Made by a program: the position numbers and the translations under genes | Notes under the pieces: generated by a model | Told to the model about the DNA's origin: nothing | The model's input: only the letters and a program-made list of their open reading frames with translations | Databases searched by the model: none | From: Candidatus Methylomirabilia bacterium | GTDB taxonomy: Bacteria; Methylomirabilota; Methylomirabilia; Rokubacteriales; CSP1-6 | Length of the DNA stretch: 13,105 nucleotides | Direction of reading: 5' to 3' | NCBI GenBank assembly: GCA_041492755.1 | Contig: JBGPXN010000126.1 | Span: 1 to 13,105 of the forward strand | Part shown: piece after piece, positions 1-7,964 of the stretch | How positions within the stretch are numbered: the first letter of the stretch is position 1 | Layout of the letters: every line of letters begins with the position of its first letter

Positions 1-1
1 A

Positions 2-124
2 GAGGGGGGCCATGTCGGGGCCCCCGGTCACGCAGCACGGAGGTCGAGGAGCGCCCCGGGTACCCCGGGGCGCTTCCGAGCGAGGGGGGGTGTGGGGGGC
101 CATTTCGGGGCCCCCCACGTCTAA
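2..124 (+). CDS. Possible 3' end of an upstream gene, running through the repeat (...GGHVGAPGHAARRSRSAPGTPGRFRARGGVGGHFGAPHV*)
   Basis: This frame is open from the window edge to TAA 122-124, which overlaps the permease ATG (TAATG). The sequence is repeat-derived, so coding status is uncertain. Confidence 0.3.
   Translation, partial: EGGHVGAPGHAARRSRSAPGTPGRFRARGGVGGHFGAPHV
4..25 (+). repeat. Partial copy of the GC-rich palindromic repeat (3' hairpin only)
   Basis: GGGGGGCC-ATGTCGG-GGCCCCC matches the hairpin at 94-115 with one loop substitution. The rest of this copy may lie off the window edge. Confidence 0.7.
44..120 (+). repeat. Double-hairpin interspersed palindromic repeat (REP/RPE-like), copy 1
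   Basis: Stem AGCGCCCCGGG(50-60)/CCCGGGGCGCT(64-74) and stem GTGGGGGGCC(92-101)/GGCCCCCCAC(109-118). Manual alignment gives 68/77 identity to the reverse complement of 12599-12674. Confidence 0.9.
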
Positions 125-1248
125 TGCCGAGCCGACTCTACGGGATCATCGCCAAGGAGTTCATCCACCTGCGCCGCGACGCGCTCGCGCTGACGCTCGC
201 GCTGTTCGTGCCGGTGGCGATGCTGTTCATCTTCGGCTGGGCCATCAACACCGACGTCAAGCACGTCCCCACCGCCGTCCTCGACCACTCGGCCACCGTC
301 GAGTCGCGCACGCTGGTCGAGGCGTTGATCAACAGCCAGTATTTCGACGTGCGCCTCTGGGCCCGCGACCATCGCGAGCTGACGCGGATGATTGACGAGG
401 GCCGCGCCAAGGTCGGCGTCGTCATCCCGCCCGACTACGCGCGCCGCCTCGCCCGCCGCGCCGCCGACATTCAGGTCATCGTGGATGCCTCGGACCCCAT
501 GGTCGCCACCTCGGCGCTGAACGCCGCCACCGCGCTCGGCGCCGATCGGGCCCTTCATGTGCTGACGCAGACGGTCGAGGGCACCGTGTTGCGGCGCGAG
601 GCGCCGCCCGTCGATTTCCGGGTCCGCGCCTGGTACAACCCCGACCTCGTCTCCGCCATGTTCATCGTGCCGGGCCTCATCGGCGCCCTGCTGCTCCAGA
701 CGACGATCACGCAGATGGCGGTGTCGGTCGTCCGAGAACGGGAGAAGGGGACGCTTGAAGCGCTGGTCGTGAGCCCGATCCGCCGCTGGGAGCTGTTGCT
801 CGGCAAGATCGTGCCGAACCTCCTGGTCGCCTACGGGCAGATGACGATGGCGCTCCTGGTGGCGCGCTGGGTGTTCGACGTTCCCATCCGCGGCAGCCTC
901 GTGCTCCTCTACGTGCTGTCGCTCGTGTTCATGTTCGGCAGCCTGGGCATCGGGATCTTCGTGTCGGCCGTGTCGCGCACCGTCCCGCAGGCCATGCAGC
1001 TCGCGTTCCTCACGTTCCTGCCCTCGATCTATCTCTCCGGCCTGCTGTTCCCGATCGAAGGCATGCCGGAGGCGGCGCAGTACCTCGCCCATGTCATTCC
1101 GCTGACGTACTATCTACGTGTGGTCCGCGGCATCGTGCTGAAGGGGATCGGCCTCGAGTACCTGTGGCCGCAAGTGTTGCCGCTCATCGCCTTCGGCGCG
1201 ATCGTCTTCTCGCTGTCCGTCCTACGCTTTCGCAAGCAACTGGAGTGA
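124..1248 (+). CDS. ABC-2 type exporter permease (YbhR/YbhS-like)
   Basis: 374 aa. N-terminal KEFIHLRRD plus a TM helix, an extracytoplasmic domain, WYNP, the REREKGTLE motif, LSGLLFPIE and C-terminal TM helices. Confidence 0.93.
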   Translation: MPSRLYGIIAKEFIHLRRDALALTLALFVPVAMLFIFGWAINTDVKHVPTAVLDHSATVESRTLVEALINSQYFDVRLWARDHRELTRMIDEGRAKVGVVIPPDYARRLARRAADIQVIVDASDPMVATSALNAATALGADRALHVLTQTVEGTVLRREAPPVDFRVRAWYNPDLVSAMFIVPGLIGALLLQTTITQMAVSVVREREKGTLEALVVSPIRRWELLLGKIVPNLLVAYGQMTMALLVARWVFDVPIRGSLVLLYVLSLVFMFGSLGIGIFVSAVSRTVPQAMQLAFLTFLPSIYLSGLLFPIEGMPEAAQYLAHVIPLTYYLRVVRGIVLKGIGLEYLWPQVLPLIAFGAIVFSLSVLRFRKQLE

Positions 1249-1253
1249 TGGCC

Positions 1254-2549
1254 ATGAAGCGTCTGTTCCTCGTCTTCGCGCTGCTGCTCGTCGCCGTTCC
1301 GGCGCCGGCCGCCCCGATCGCCCACCGCGAGGTGCTCGGCAACGGCATCGTGCTGCTCGTCGCCGAGCGGCCCGAGGTCCCGCTGGTGACCGTGCGCGTG
1401 TTCAGCCGCGCGGGCGCCGTCTTCGAGCCACCCGACAAGGCCGGGCTGGCCAACCTGACCGGCAGCGTCGTCACCCGAGGCACCGCGAAGCGGTCAGCGC
1501 AGGAGATCGACGCCGCCATCGAGTTCGTGGGGGGGCGTCTGGAGGCGAGCGCCGGCCGCGACGGCATGACGTCGTCGTTGAGCGTGCTGCGGCGCGACCT
1601 CGGCCTTGGACTCGATCTCTTGCAGGAGGTCGTGTTGTCGCCCGCCTTCCCGGAGGCGCAGGTCCAGCGGAAGATCCGCGAGATCCAGGCGGCGATCCAG
1701 CGCTCGGAGGAGAACCCGGAAGGGGTCGCGAGCCGCGCGCTCGGTAAGCTGGTCTTCGGCGCGCACCCGTACGGGCGGCCGGTTGAAGGCACCCGCGAAT
1801 CGGTGGGCAAGCTCACCCGTGACGACGTCGTGAAGTTCTACGCCGACCGGGTCTGGCCCGACGCCACGGTGATCGCGATCGTCGGCGCGCTCACGGTGGC
1901 CGAGGCCCGCGCCGAGATCGGCAAGCGCTTCGGCGCCTGGGCCGCTGCGCCCGGGTCGACCCCGACGGTGCCGGTGCCGTCCGCGGGGGGGCCGCCGCAG
2001 CGCGAGGTCATCAAGCGCGAGCTCACCCAGGCCACGATCATGCTGGGCCGGCCGGCGGTGAACCAGCAGGATCCGGATTATTTTCCGCTCGCCGTCGCTT
2101 CGTACGTCCTGGGCGGGGGCTCCGCGTCGCGACTCTACGGCAGCGTGCGGGACGAGGGGGGCCTGGCCTACTCCGTCTTCAGCTACGTGAGCCCCGGCAA
2201 GTACGGCGCGGGGCTCACGATCAGCTCGCAGACGCGGACCGCGGAAGTGCCGAAGGTGACCGACATCCTGCGCCGCGAAGCCGCGCGGATCGGACGCGAG
2301 CCCGTGACCGACGCGGAGCTGTCGCTCGCGAAGTCCTACCTGATCGGCAGCTTCCCGTTGCGTCTGGACACGGCGGCGAAGGTGGCCGACTTCCTCGTCG
2401 CCGTGGAGGAGCTGGGGCTCGGGCTCGACTACGCCGACCGCTACCGCGAGCGCATCGCCGCGGTGACCGCCACCGACGTGCAGCGCGTTGGGGCCAAGTA
2501 CTACGCACCGGACACGTTCCATCAGGTGGTGGTCGGCAACCTGCCGTGA
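1254..2549 (+). CDS. M16B (pitrilysin-family) peptidase-like protein, exported, non-catalytic subunit
   Basis: Signal peptide MKRLFLVFALLLVAVPAPA, LGNGIVLLV, G-L-A-NLTGS in place of HxxEH, and LGGG-SASRLY..VRDEGGLAYSV. GGAG at 1242-1245 supports this start. An alternative ATG at 1248 overlaps the permease TGA. Confidence 0.9.
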   Translation: MKRLFLVFALLLVAVPAPAAPIAHREVLGNGIVLLVAERPEVPLVTVRVFSRAGAVFEPPDKAGLANLTGSVVTRGTAKRSAQEIDAAIEFVGGRLEASAGRDGMTSSLSVLRRDLGLGLDLLQEVVLSPAFPEAQVQRKIREIQAAIQRSEENPEGVASRALGKLVFGAHPYGRPVEGTRESVGKLTRDDVVKFYADRVWPDATVIAIVGALTVAEARAEIGKRFGAWAAAPGSTPTVPVPSAGGPPQREVIKRELTQATIMLGRPAVNQQDPDYFPLAVASYVLGGGSASRLYGSVRDEGGLAYSVFSYVSPGKYGAGLTISSQTRTAEVPKVTDILRREAARIGREPVTDAELSLAKSYLIGSFPLRLDTAAKVADFLVAVEELGLGLDYADRYRERIAAVTATDVQRVGAKYYAPDTFHQVVVGNLP

Positions 2550-3109
2550 TCCGGTTCGGCGTCTTCGCCGTGGCGCTCGCGCTGGCTGTCCCCGCCGCGG
2601 CCGCCTCGTTCACCCTGAGTCCGCAGCAGCAGGAGCAGGCACGGGTCCTGGGGCGCCGATCCATCACCTCGGAGACCTTCGAGGGCGAGTGGCGGGTCAA
2701 CGGCGGCACCGGCGAGAACCTGATCGTGATCACCCCGTTCTACCGTCTCGCCCTGGCCGCTCGCCACGCGGCGTTCAAGAACGAGCCGGTGAAATCCGGC
2801 GACCAGGAGAAGATGCTCGCCGAGCTGAAGGACCGGCTGCTCTTCTGGGTGCACCTGCGCGGCAAGAGTGAAGACTTCGCCCGGTATTACACGCCCCGCC
2901 TGATCATCGAAGACCGCGAGATCGAGCCGGCGTTCGTGCAGAACGAGCGCACGAGCCTGCGCCAGGACGGCGGCGCGTTCGTCGCCCGGTCCGTCTACGC
3001 CTTCCCGAACAAGGAGCTGACCCCGACCTCGCGGGTCGTGCTCGTCGTGCGCGACCCGGACGGCGCGCAGATCACCCGTTTCACCATCGACCTCGCCAGG
3101 ATGCGGTGA
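2546..3109 (+). CDS. Secreted hypothetical protein
   Basis: 187 aa. GTGA overlap with the upstream stop, signal peptide ending AAA-A, high GC3 codon usage, no motif recognised. Confidence 0.8.
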   Translation: MIRFGVFAVALALAVPAAAASFTLSPQQQEQARVLGRRSITSETFEGEWRVNGGTGENLIVITPFYRLALAARHAAFKNEPVKSGDQEKMLAELKDRLLFWVHLRGKSEDFARYYTPRLIIEDREIEPAFVQNERTSLRQDGGAFVARSVYAFPNKELTPTSRVVLVVRDPDGAQITRFTIDLARMR

Positions 3110-3141
3110 GGTTGCGGCGCCGCGCCGGGAGCTGAGGCCGG

Positions 3142-4017
3142 GTGTCCTCCGGTACACCTCGGGTCGTGGGGTGGCACGGCTGGCTCGGTCTCGGGATCGT
3201 GGCGGCCGCGGAAGTCGCGCTCTTCACCGGCCACACCGTCGTGGGGAGCTGGTTCACACCCATCGTCTGGACCGGCTACGTGCTCTTCATCGACGCCTTG
3301 GTGGCGCAGCTCGCCGGCACCTCGTATCTCAGGGGCAACCGGGGTGAGCTGCCGCTCGTCCTGGTGGCGTCCATCGCCGGCTGGTGGCTGTTCGAATGGT
3401 ACAACGCGCCGCGCTTCTGGCGCGGCGGCGCCGACGCCGTGGGGCTCTGGTGGCAGTACCATGGCCTCGAGCCGAATCTCTTCCTGCGCCGCGTGGGCTA
3501 CGATTGGTCGTTCGCGACGATTTTCCCGGCGCTGTTCCTCACCGCCGCCGCCCTGCGCGCCACACTCTTCCGCCCGGCCCGCCGGCGACCCCGGCGGATC
3601 TCCTCGAGGACCGCGAACGCCGCGATCGCCGTCGGGATGGTGGCGGTGGTGTTGCCGCTCGTGGTGGTTTCCGAGTGGCTGGTGCCGCTGGTGTGGACAG
3701 GGTGGAGCCTCGTGCTCGAGCCGCTCAACGCGCGGGCCGGGCGCCCGTCGTGGCTGGCCGATCTCGGTGTCGGCGATCCGTCGCGTCTGCTCGCGCTGCT
3801 GGCGAGCGGGCTCGTGTGCGGCGTCCTGTGGGAGTTCTGGAACTTCTGGGCGCTCACCAGATGGACGTACACCGTGCCGTTCCTCGGCCACGTGAAGATC
3901 TTCGAGATGCCGGTGCTCGGGTATCTCGGCTTCCCGCCCTTCGCGCTCGAGTGCTACGCGATGTACCATTGGCTGCGCGGTCACCTGGGCGTCCCCGTGC
4001 GCGCGCCCCTGATATAA
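3142..4017 (+). CDS. Trp-rich polytopic membrane protein with an internal two-fold repeat, function unknown
   Basis: 291 aa with about 8 hydrophobic segments and duplicated motifs P-x-VWTG and (F/W)E(W/F)xN...WxY. The GTG start is approximate. Confidence 0.82.
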   Translation: MSSGTPRVVGWHGWLGLGIVAAAEVALFTGHTVVGSWFTPIVWTGYVLFIDALVAQLAGTSYLRGNRGELPLVLVASIAGWWLFEWYNAPRFWRGGADAVGLWWQYHGLEPNLFLRRVGYDWSFATIFPALFLTAAALRATLFRPARRRPRRISSRTANAAIAVGMVAVVLPLVVVSEWLVPLVWTGWSLVLEPLNARAGRPSWLADLGVGDPSRLLALLASGLVCGVLWEFWNFWALTRWTYTVPFLGHVKIFEMPVLGYLGFPPFALECYAMYHWLRGHLGVPVRAPLI

Positions 4018-4018
4018 T
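4010..4018 (+). promoter_or_regulatory. Extended -10 sigma70-type promoter (TGnTATAAT) for qor
   Basis: TGATATAAT is a perfect extended -10 in very GC-rich DNA. It overlaps the TAA of the upstream gene, 76 nt before the qor ATG. Confidence 0.65.
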
Positions 4019-4094
4019 CCGCCAGCAATCGCCGCCGACCCGGCGGCGTGTCGTCCGCCGGCACCCGACCAACACCGTCGACAGGAGGTCTCCC

Positions 4095-5063
4095 ATGAAG
4101 GCCGTTCGCGTGCACACCCCCGGTGGCCCCGAGGCCCTCCGTTACGAGGACGTTCCCGAGATTTCCCCGAAGGTCGGGGAAGCGGTCGTGAAGATCGACG
4201 CCGCTGGACTGAACTACATCGACGTGTACTTTCGCAGCGGACAGTACAAGGCGCAGCCACCCTTCACCGTCGGGATGGAAGGCGGCGGCACGGTGACGGC
4301 CGTCGGCGCCGGCGTGAACGAGGTGAAGGCCGGCGACAAGGTCGCGTACACGGGCATCGCCGGCTCGTACGCGGAGTACGCGGCGGTGCCCGCGAACCGG
4401 CTGGTTACGCTGCCGCCGGGCGTCAGCACCAAGCAGGGCGCGGCCATCATGCTGCAGGGCATGACCGCCCACTACCTCGCGTCCTCGACGTATCCGTTGA
4501 AGAAGGGCGACACCTGCCTCGTCCACGCGGCCGCCGGCGGCGTTGGGCTGCTGCTGTGCCAGATCGCGAAGATGCGGGGCGCGCGCGTCATCGGGACGGT
4601 CTCCACCGACGACAAGGCGAAGCTCGCGCGCCAGGCCGGCGCCGACGAGGTGATCCTGTACACCCAGCAGGATTTCGAGACCGAGACCAAGCGCCTCACC
4701 GATAACAAGGGCGTGCAGGTCGTCTATGATTCGGTGGGCAAGACGACGTTTGACAAGGGATTCAACGTGCTCGCCCCGCGCGGCATGATGGTCTTCTACG
4801 GACAGTCGAGCGGCCCTATCGGACCCTTCGATCCGCAGACGCTGAACGCGAAGGGCTCCGTGTTCCTGACCCGTCCCAGCCTGGGCCACTACACGGCCAC
4901 GCGCGAGGAGCTGCTCCAGCGCGCGACCGAGTTGTTCAGCTGGATCCGCGACGGCAAGCTCAAGCTGCGCACCGAGTTCGAGTTTGCGCTCAAGGACGCG
5001 GCCGAAGCGCATCGTGCCCTGGAGGGGCGCAAGACCACGGGCAAGGTGCTGCTGCTTCCGTGA
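4095..5063 (+). CDS. qor: NADPH:quinone oxidoreductase (zeta-crystallin-like MDR family)
   Basis: [72 protein letters not shown] at 4083-4088. 322 aa. Confidence 0.95.
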   Translation: MKAVRVHTPGGPEALRYEDVPEISPKVGEAVVKIDAAGLNYIDVYFRSGQYKAQPPFTVGMEGGGTVTAVGAGVNEVKAGDKVAYTGIAGSYAEYAAVPANRLVTLPPGVSTKQGAAIMLQGMTAHYLASSTYPLKKGDTCLVHAAAGGVGLLLCQIAKMRGARVIGTVSTDDKAKLARQAGADEVILYTQQDFETETKRLTDNKGVQVVYDSVGKTTFDKGFNVLAPRGMMVFYGQSSGPIGPFDPQTLNAKGSVFLTRPSLGHYTATREELLQRATELFSWIRDGKLKLRTEFEFALKDAAEAHRALEGRKTTGKVLLLP

Positions 5064-5165
5064 ATGCGGGCCGCGCCGCTCGCATCCAATGAACGGGCGC
5101 CGGGCCGGAGCCCTGGCGGCGGGTCCGGTGAGACGCAAAAATGCTCGGGAAAGAAACGGCCGAGC

Positions 5166-5185
5166 GCGGATACATTGCGGATACA
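5166..5185 (+). promoter_or_regulatory. Direct repeat GCGGATACA-TT-GCGGATACA (11-bp period), candidate regulator binding site
   Basis: Perfect 9-mers at 5166-5174 and 5177-5185, 61 nt upstream of the Tim44-like gene. Confidence 0.5.
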
Positions 5186-5246
5186 CTAGGAACGTGGGCG
5201 GTACGACCATCGATTCAATGCGATCCGCAGGCTGGGAGGGGCGACG

Positions 5247-6206
5247 ATGAATAAGCGCACTTTGCTCGTTATGGGGGCGCTGGTGGTGAGCGTGTTCGTG
5301 GTCGGGGAGGTCAAGGAGGCGTGGGCGCGTGCGGGCGGCGGCGGAAGCCGCGGCTCACGCAGCTACTCCGCGCCGAGGGCGCCGTCCGCGCCGTCGAGCC
5401 CGCAGCGGTCGGTGACTCAGCCGGCGTCTCCAGTGGCCCCGGCACCCGCCGCGCCGGGGCGGGGCTTGATGGGTGGTCTCATGGGCGGCCTCGCGGGCTT
5501 CGCGATCGGCGGGCTGCTCGGCGGCCTGCTCTTCGGCGGACTCGGCCACGGCGGCCTCGGCGGCTTAGGCGGCATCGGACTCTTCGACATGCTCCTCATC
5601 GGCGGCGGCATCCTGATGCTCGTCATGTTCCTGCGCCGCAGGCGTCAGACGACGCCGGCGCCGGCCTACGCGGGCGCGGGCACGAGCGCGAATTACGGGG
5701 CCACGAATTACTCGGGCGGCAGCGCGGCGACGACGGTGGAGATGCCGGCCGGGCTCAGCGATCTCGACCGGGGTGTGCAGCACATCCAGTCGATGGATCC
5801 GCGGTTCGATCCCGAGGATCTGCTCGAGCCCGGGCGCTTCATCTTCGCGGCCGTCCAGAAGGCCATCGTGATGCGCGACGTCACACCGGCCACGGAGTGG
5901 CTGACGCCCGAGATGTTCTCGACCCTGCAGCAACAGTGCAGCGACCTGCGGTCGAAGCGACGGACGAACATGATCGAGGACATCCAGATCGGCGAGTCGT
6001 CGCTGTCCGAGGCCTGGCAGGAAACGGGCCAGGACTTCGTGACGATCCACGTCAAGGGCACGATGATCGATTACACGCTCGACGACGGCACCCAGACGGT
6101 GGTCGAGGGCTCGAAGAGCGATCGGTCGGCGTTCGCGGAGTTCTGGACGTTCACGCGGCCAGTGGGTCCGAACCGCTGGAAGCTGTCCTCGATCATCAAC
6201 GGCTAG
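5247..6206 (+). CDS. Tim44-like domain protein
   Basis: Signal-like N-terminus, ARAGGGGSRGSRSYSAP, Gly-rich hydrophobic segments, and a C-terminal domain DPRFDP...FAEFWTFTRPVG..WKLSSI. GGAGG RBS. Confidence 0.88.
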   Translation: MNKRTLLVMGALVVSVFVVGEVKEAWARAGGGGSRGSRSYSAPRAPSAPSSPQRSVTQPASPVAPAPAAPGRGLMGGLMGGLAGFAIGGLLGGLLFGGLGHGGLGGLGGIGLFDMLLIGGGILMLVMFLRRRRQTTPAPAYAGAGTSANYGATNYSGGSAATTVEMPAGLSDLDRGVQHIQSMDPRFDPEDLLEPGRFIFAAVQKAIVMRDVTPATEWLTPEMFSTLQQQCSDLRSKRRTNMIEDIQIGESSLSEAWQETGQDFVTIHVKGTMIDYTLDDGTQTVVEGSKSDRSAFAEFWTFTRPVGPNRWKLSSIING

Positions 6207-6255
6207 ACGCGATCGTCCGGGCGGAGACGCGACCTGTCCGCCACGGTAATGAGCA

Positions 6256-7878
6256 GTGCGCCGGTATCACCGATGGTTGTTGGTGGCCTTCGCGGCGATC
6301 GCGGTTCTCGCGGTCGCCGCACTGGCCGCCGTCCCGTGGCTGGTCGACACCCCACGGGTTCAAACCTACCTCGCGTCTAGCGCCTCGCAGGCGCTCGGTC
6401 GCCCCGTCAAGTTCGAGTCCGTCTCCGTCACCGCGTTCCCGTGGCCTGCCGTGGCGCTGCGCGGGCTCGAGGTCGCCGAGGATCCCCGGTTCGGCACGGC
6501 ACCCTTCCTGAGGCTGGACCGCGCCGCCGTCCGTCTGAAGATCCGTCCCCTCCTGTCCGGACGCGTCGAGTTCGGTGAGCTGGTTCTCAAGTCACCCGTC
6601 ATCTCGCTGGTGCACGGTGCCGATGGCCGCTGGAACGTCGCGAGCCTCGGGGCGAGCCGCGAGCCCGCCGGGCCGCCACGGCCGTCCCGGGGCGGCGGCG
6701 GCGCCGCCGGGGGGGGCGCCATCATCGCCTCCCGCATCCGCATCACCAACGGCGTGATCGTCTACGAGGACCGCGGTCCGGGCGCCACCGGCCGCTACCG
6801 CGTGGAGAACTTCGATCTGCGCGTCAAGGGCGGGCAGAACCCGCTCGCGTTCGAAGGCAGCGCGAGGGTCGTGCCCGGCGACCTCAAGGTCACCATCGCG
6901 GACGGCACGCTCGCGCCGGCCGCGGGCCGCCCGCTGTTCGATGCGCCCGTCGGTGCCCGGGTCACCCTGGACGGCAAGAACGTCGGCACGCTCGCCGCGG
7001 CCGCGCTCGGTCCGTCTCCGACGCTCGACGGCGCGTTGAAAGCGACGCTCAAGCTGACCGGGCAGCTCGGCAACCCACGCGCGGCCGGGCAGGTCGAGGT
7101 CACCCCGCTCAACGTGAGTCGTGTCGAGCCGCAGTGCCCGGAGCCCCGGCGTCGCACGCTGGGTCTTACCGGCGTGAAGCTCGACGCGACGTGGAGCGAG
7201 GGCAAGCTCGTCGCCACGCCGCTTGCGACGGGGGTCGGCAAGGGCACGGTGACGACCGCGATGACCGCGACTCTCGGCACCAACGCGCACGCCGACCTGC
7301 GCGATCTCACGGTGAATTCGGTACCCGTCGAAAAGATCCTCGTGGACTTCCTCTGCCAGAGCTACGCCGTCACCGGCCCCCTGGACCTGTCCGCCGGCGC
7401 CCTGGCGTTCGACGCGCGCGACCCGCTCGGCTCGCTGTCCGGCGGGGGACGGCTCAAGATCGGCCCGGGGCAGGTGGTCGGCTCGCAGGCGCTGGAGCTG
7501 ATGGCCAGCGTGCTGCGCGTCGGCGGCGCGGTGTCGTCGCTCCTCGGCGGCCAGCTCCCGACCAACCTCGGCAAGGCGCCGCTCGAGTACGAATCGATCG
7601 CGGGCACGTACCAGATCACCCGCGGCGTCGCCACCACGCGCGATCTACTCTTCACCAGCCGTGAGATCAGAATGGCGGTGGCCGGCGAATACGGACTCGT
7701 GACCGGGCGCTTGAACCTGGACGTGACGGTCAACCCGGGACGCGGCGAGCTCCGCGCCAAGGTCACGGGCACGACGGCCTCGCCGTCGATCCGCGTGCAG
7801 CCCTCCAGCCTGGTCGGTCCCATCGATCCCGGACGCGTGGAGCGCGGGCTGCAAGACTTGCTCAAGCAGTTTCGCTGA
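6256..7878 (+). CDS. AsmA family protein
   Basis: N-terminal TM anchor, then ASQALGRPV...FPWPAVALRGLEV...LRLDRAAVRLKIRPLLSGRVEFGELVLKSPVISLV..ADGRWNV (AsmA N-domain). C-terminal YESIAGTYQITRGVATT...VTGTTASP. GTG start. Confidence 0.88.
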   Translation: MRRYHRWLLVAFAAIAVLAVAALAAVPWLVDTPRVQTYLASSASQALGRPVKFESVSVTAFPWPAVALRGLEVAEDPRFGTAPFLRLDRAAVRLKIRPLLSGRVEFGELVLKSPVISLVHGADGRWNVASLGASREPAGPPRPSRGGGGAAGGGAIIASRIRITNGVIVYEDRGPGATGRYRVENFDLRVKGGQNPLAFEGSARVVPGDLKVTIADGTLAPAAGRPLFDAPVGARVTLDGKNVGTLAAAALGPSPTLDGALKATLKLTGQLGNPRAAGQVEVTPLNVSRVEPQCPEPRRRTLGLTGVKLDATWSEGKLVATPLATGVGKGTVTTAMTATLGTNAHADLRDLTVNSVPVEKILVDFLCQSYAVTGPLDLSAGALAFDARDPLGSLSGGGRLKIGPGQVVGSQALELMASVLRVGGAVSSLLGGQLPTNLGKAPLEYESIAGTYQITRGVATTRDLLFTSREIRMAVAGEYGLVTGRLNLDVTVNPGRGELRAKVTGTTASPSIRVQPSSLVGPIDPGRVERGLQDLLKQFR

Positions 7879-7961
7879 GCGGCACCGCGCTCGGCGTCCC
7901 CCTCGTCGTGGCGGACCTGCTCGTGGCGCGGGTGGTGGCGGAAGTGTGGGGGGTCAGGTAA
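7875..7961 (+). other. Short hydrophobic coding-like frame (LSGTALGVPLVVADLLVARVVAEVWGVR*), small ORF or gene remnant
   Basis: 27 of 28 codons end in G/C. It begins at a CTG overlapping the asmA TGA and has no canonical start at its 5' end. Confidence 0.25.
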
Positions 7962-7964
7962 GCG

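Noticed and set aside
1..120. CRISPR array or intrinsic terminators at the palindromic repeats
   Set aside because: There is no regular repeat-spacer periodicity and no cas gene. The hairpins lack U-tracts and lie 5' of genes.
3384..4094. 559-aa N-terminally extended qor
   Set aside because: The extension is an off-frame read of the membrane-protein gene. The AGGAGG RBS and family N-terminus place the start at 4095.
5064..5118. Hairpins after qor as a rho-independent terminator
   Set aside because: The stem ATGCGGGC/GCTCGCAT exists but has no following T-run, and such stems are common at this GC content.
5189..5215. ECF sigma promoter GGAAC-N17-CGATT upstream of the Tim44-like gene
   Set aside because: The -10 part is a poor match, so it cannot be supported without a regulon-level motif.
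5461..5580. GGC-rich quasi-repeats in the Tim44-like gene
   Set aside because: Explained by the Gly-Leu-rich protein segment typical of this family.
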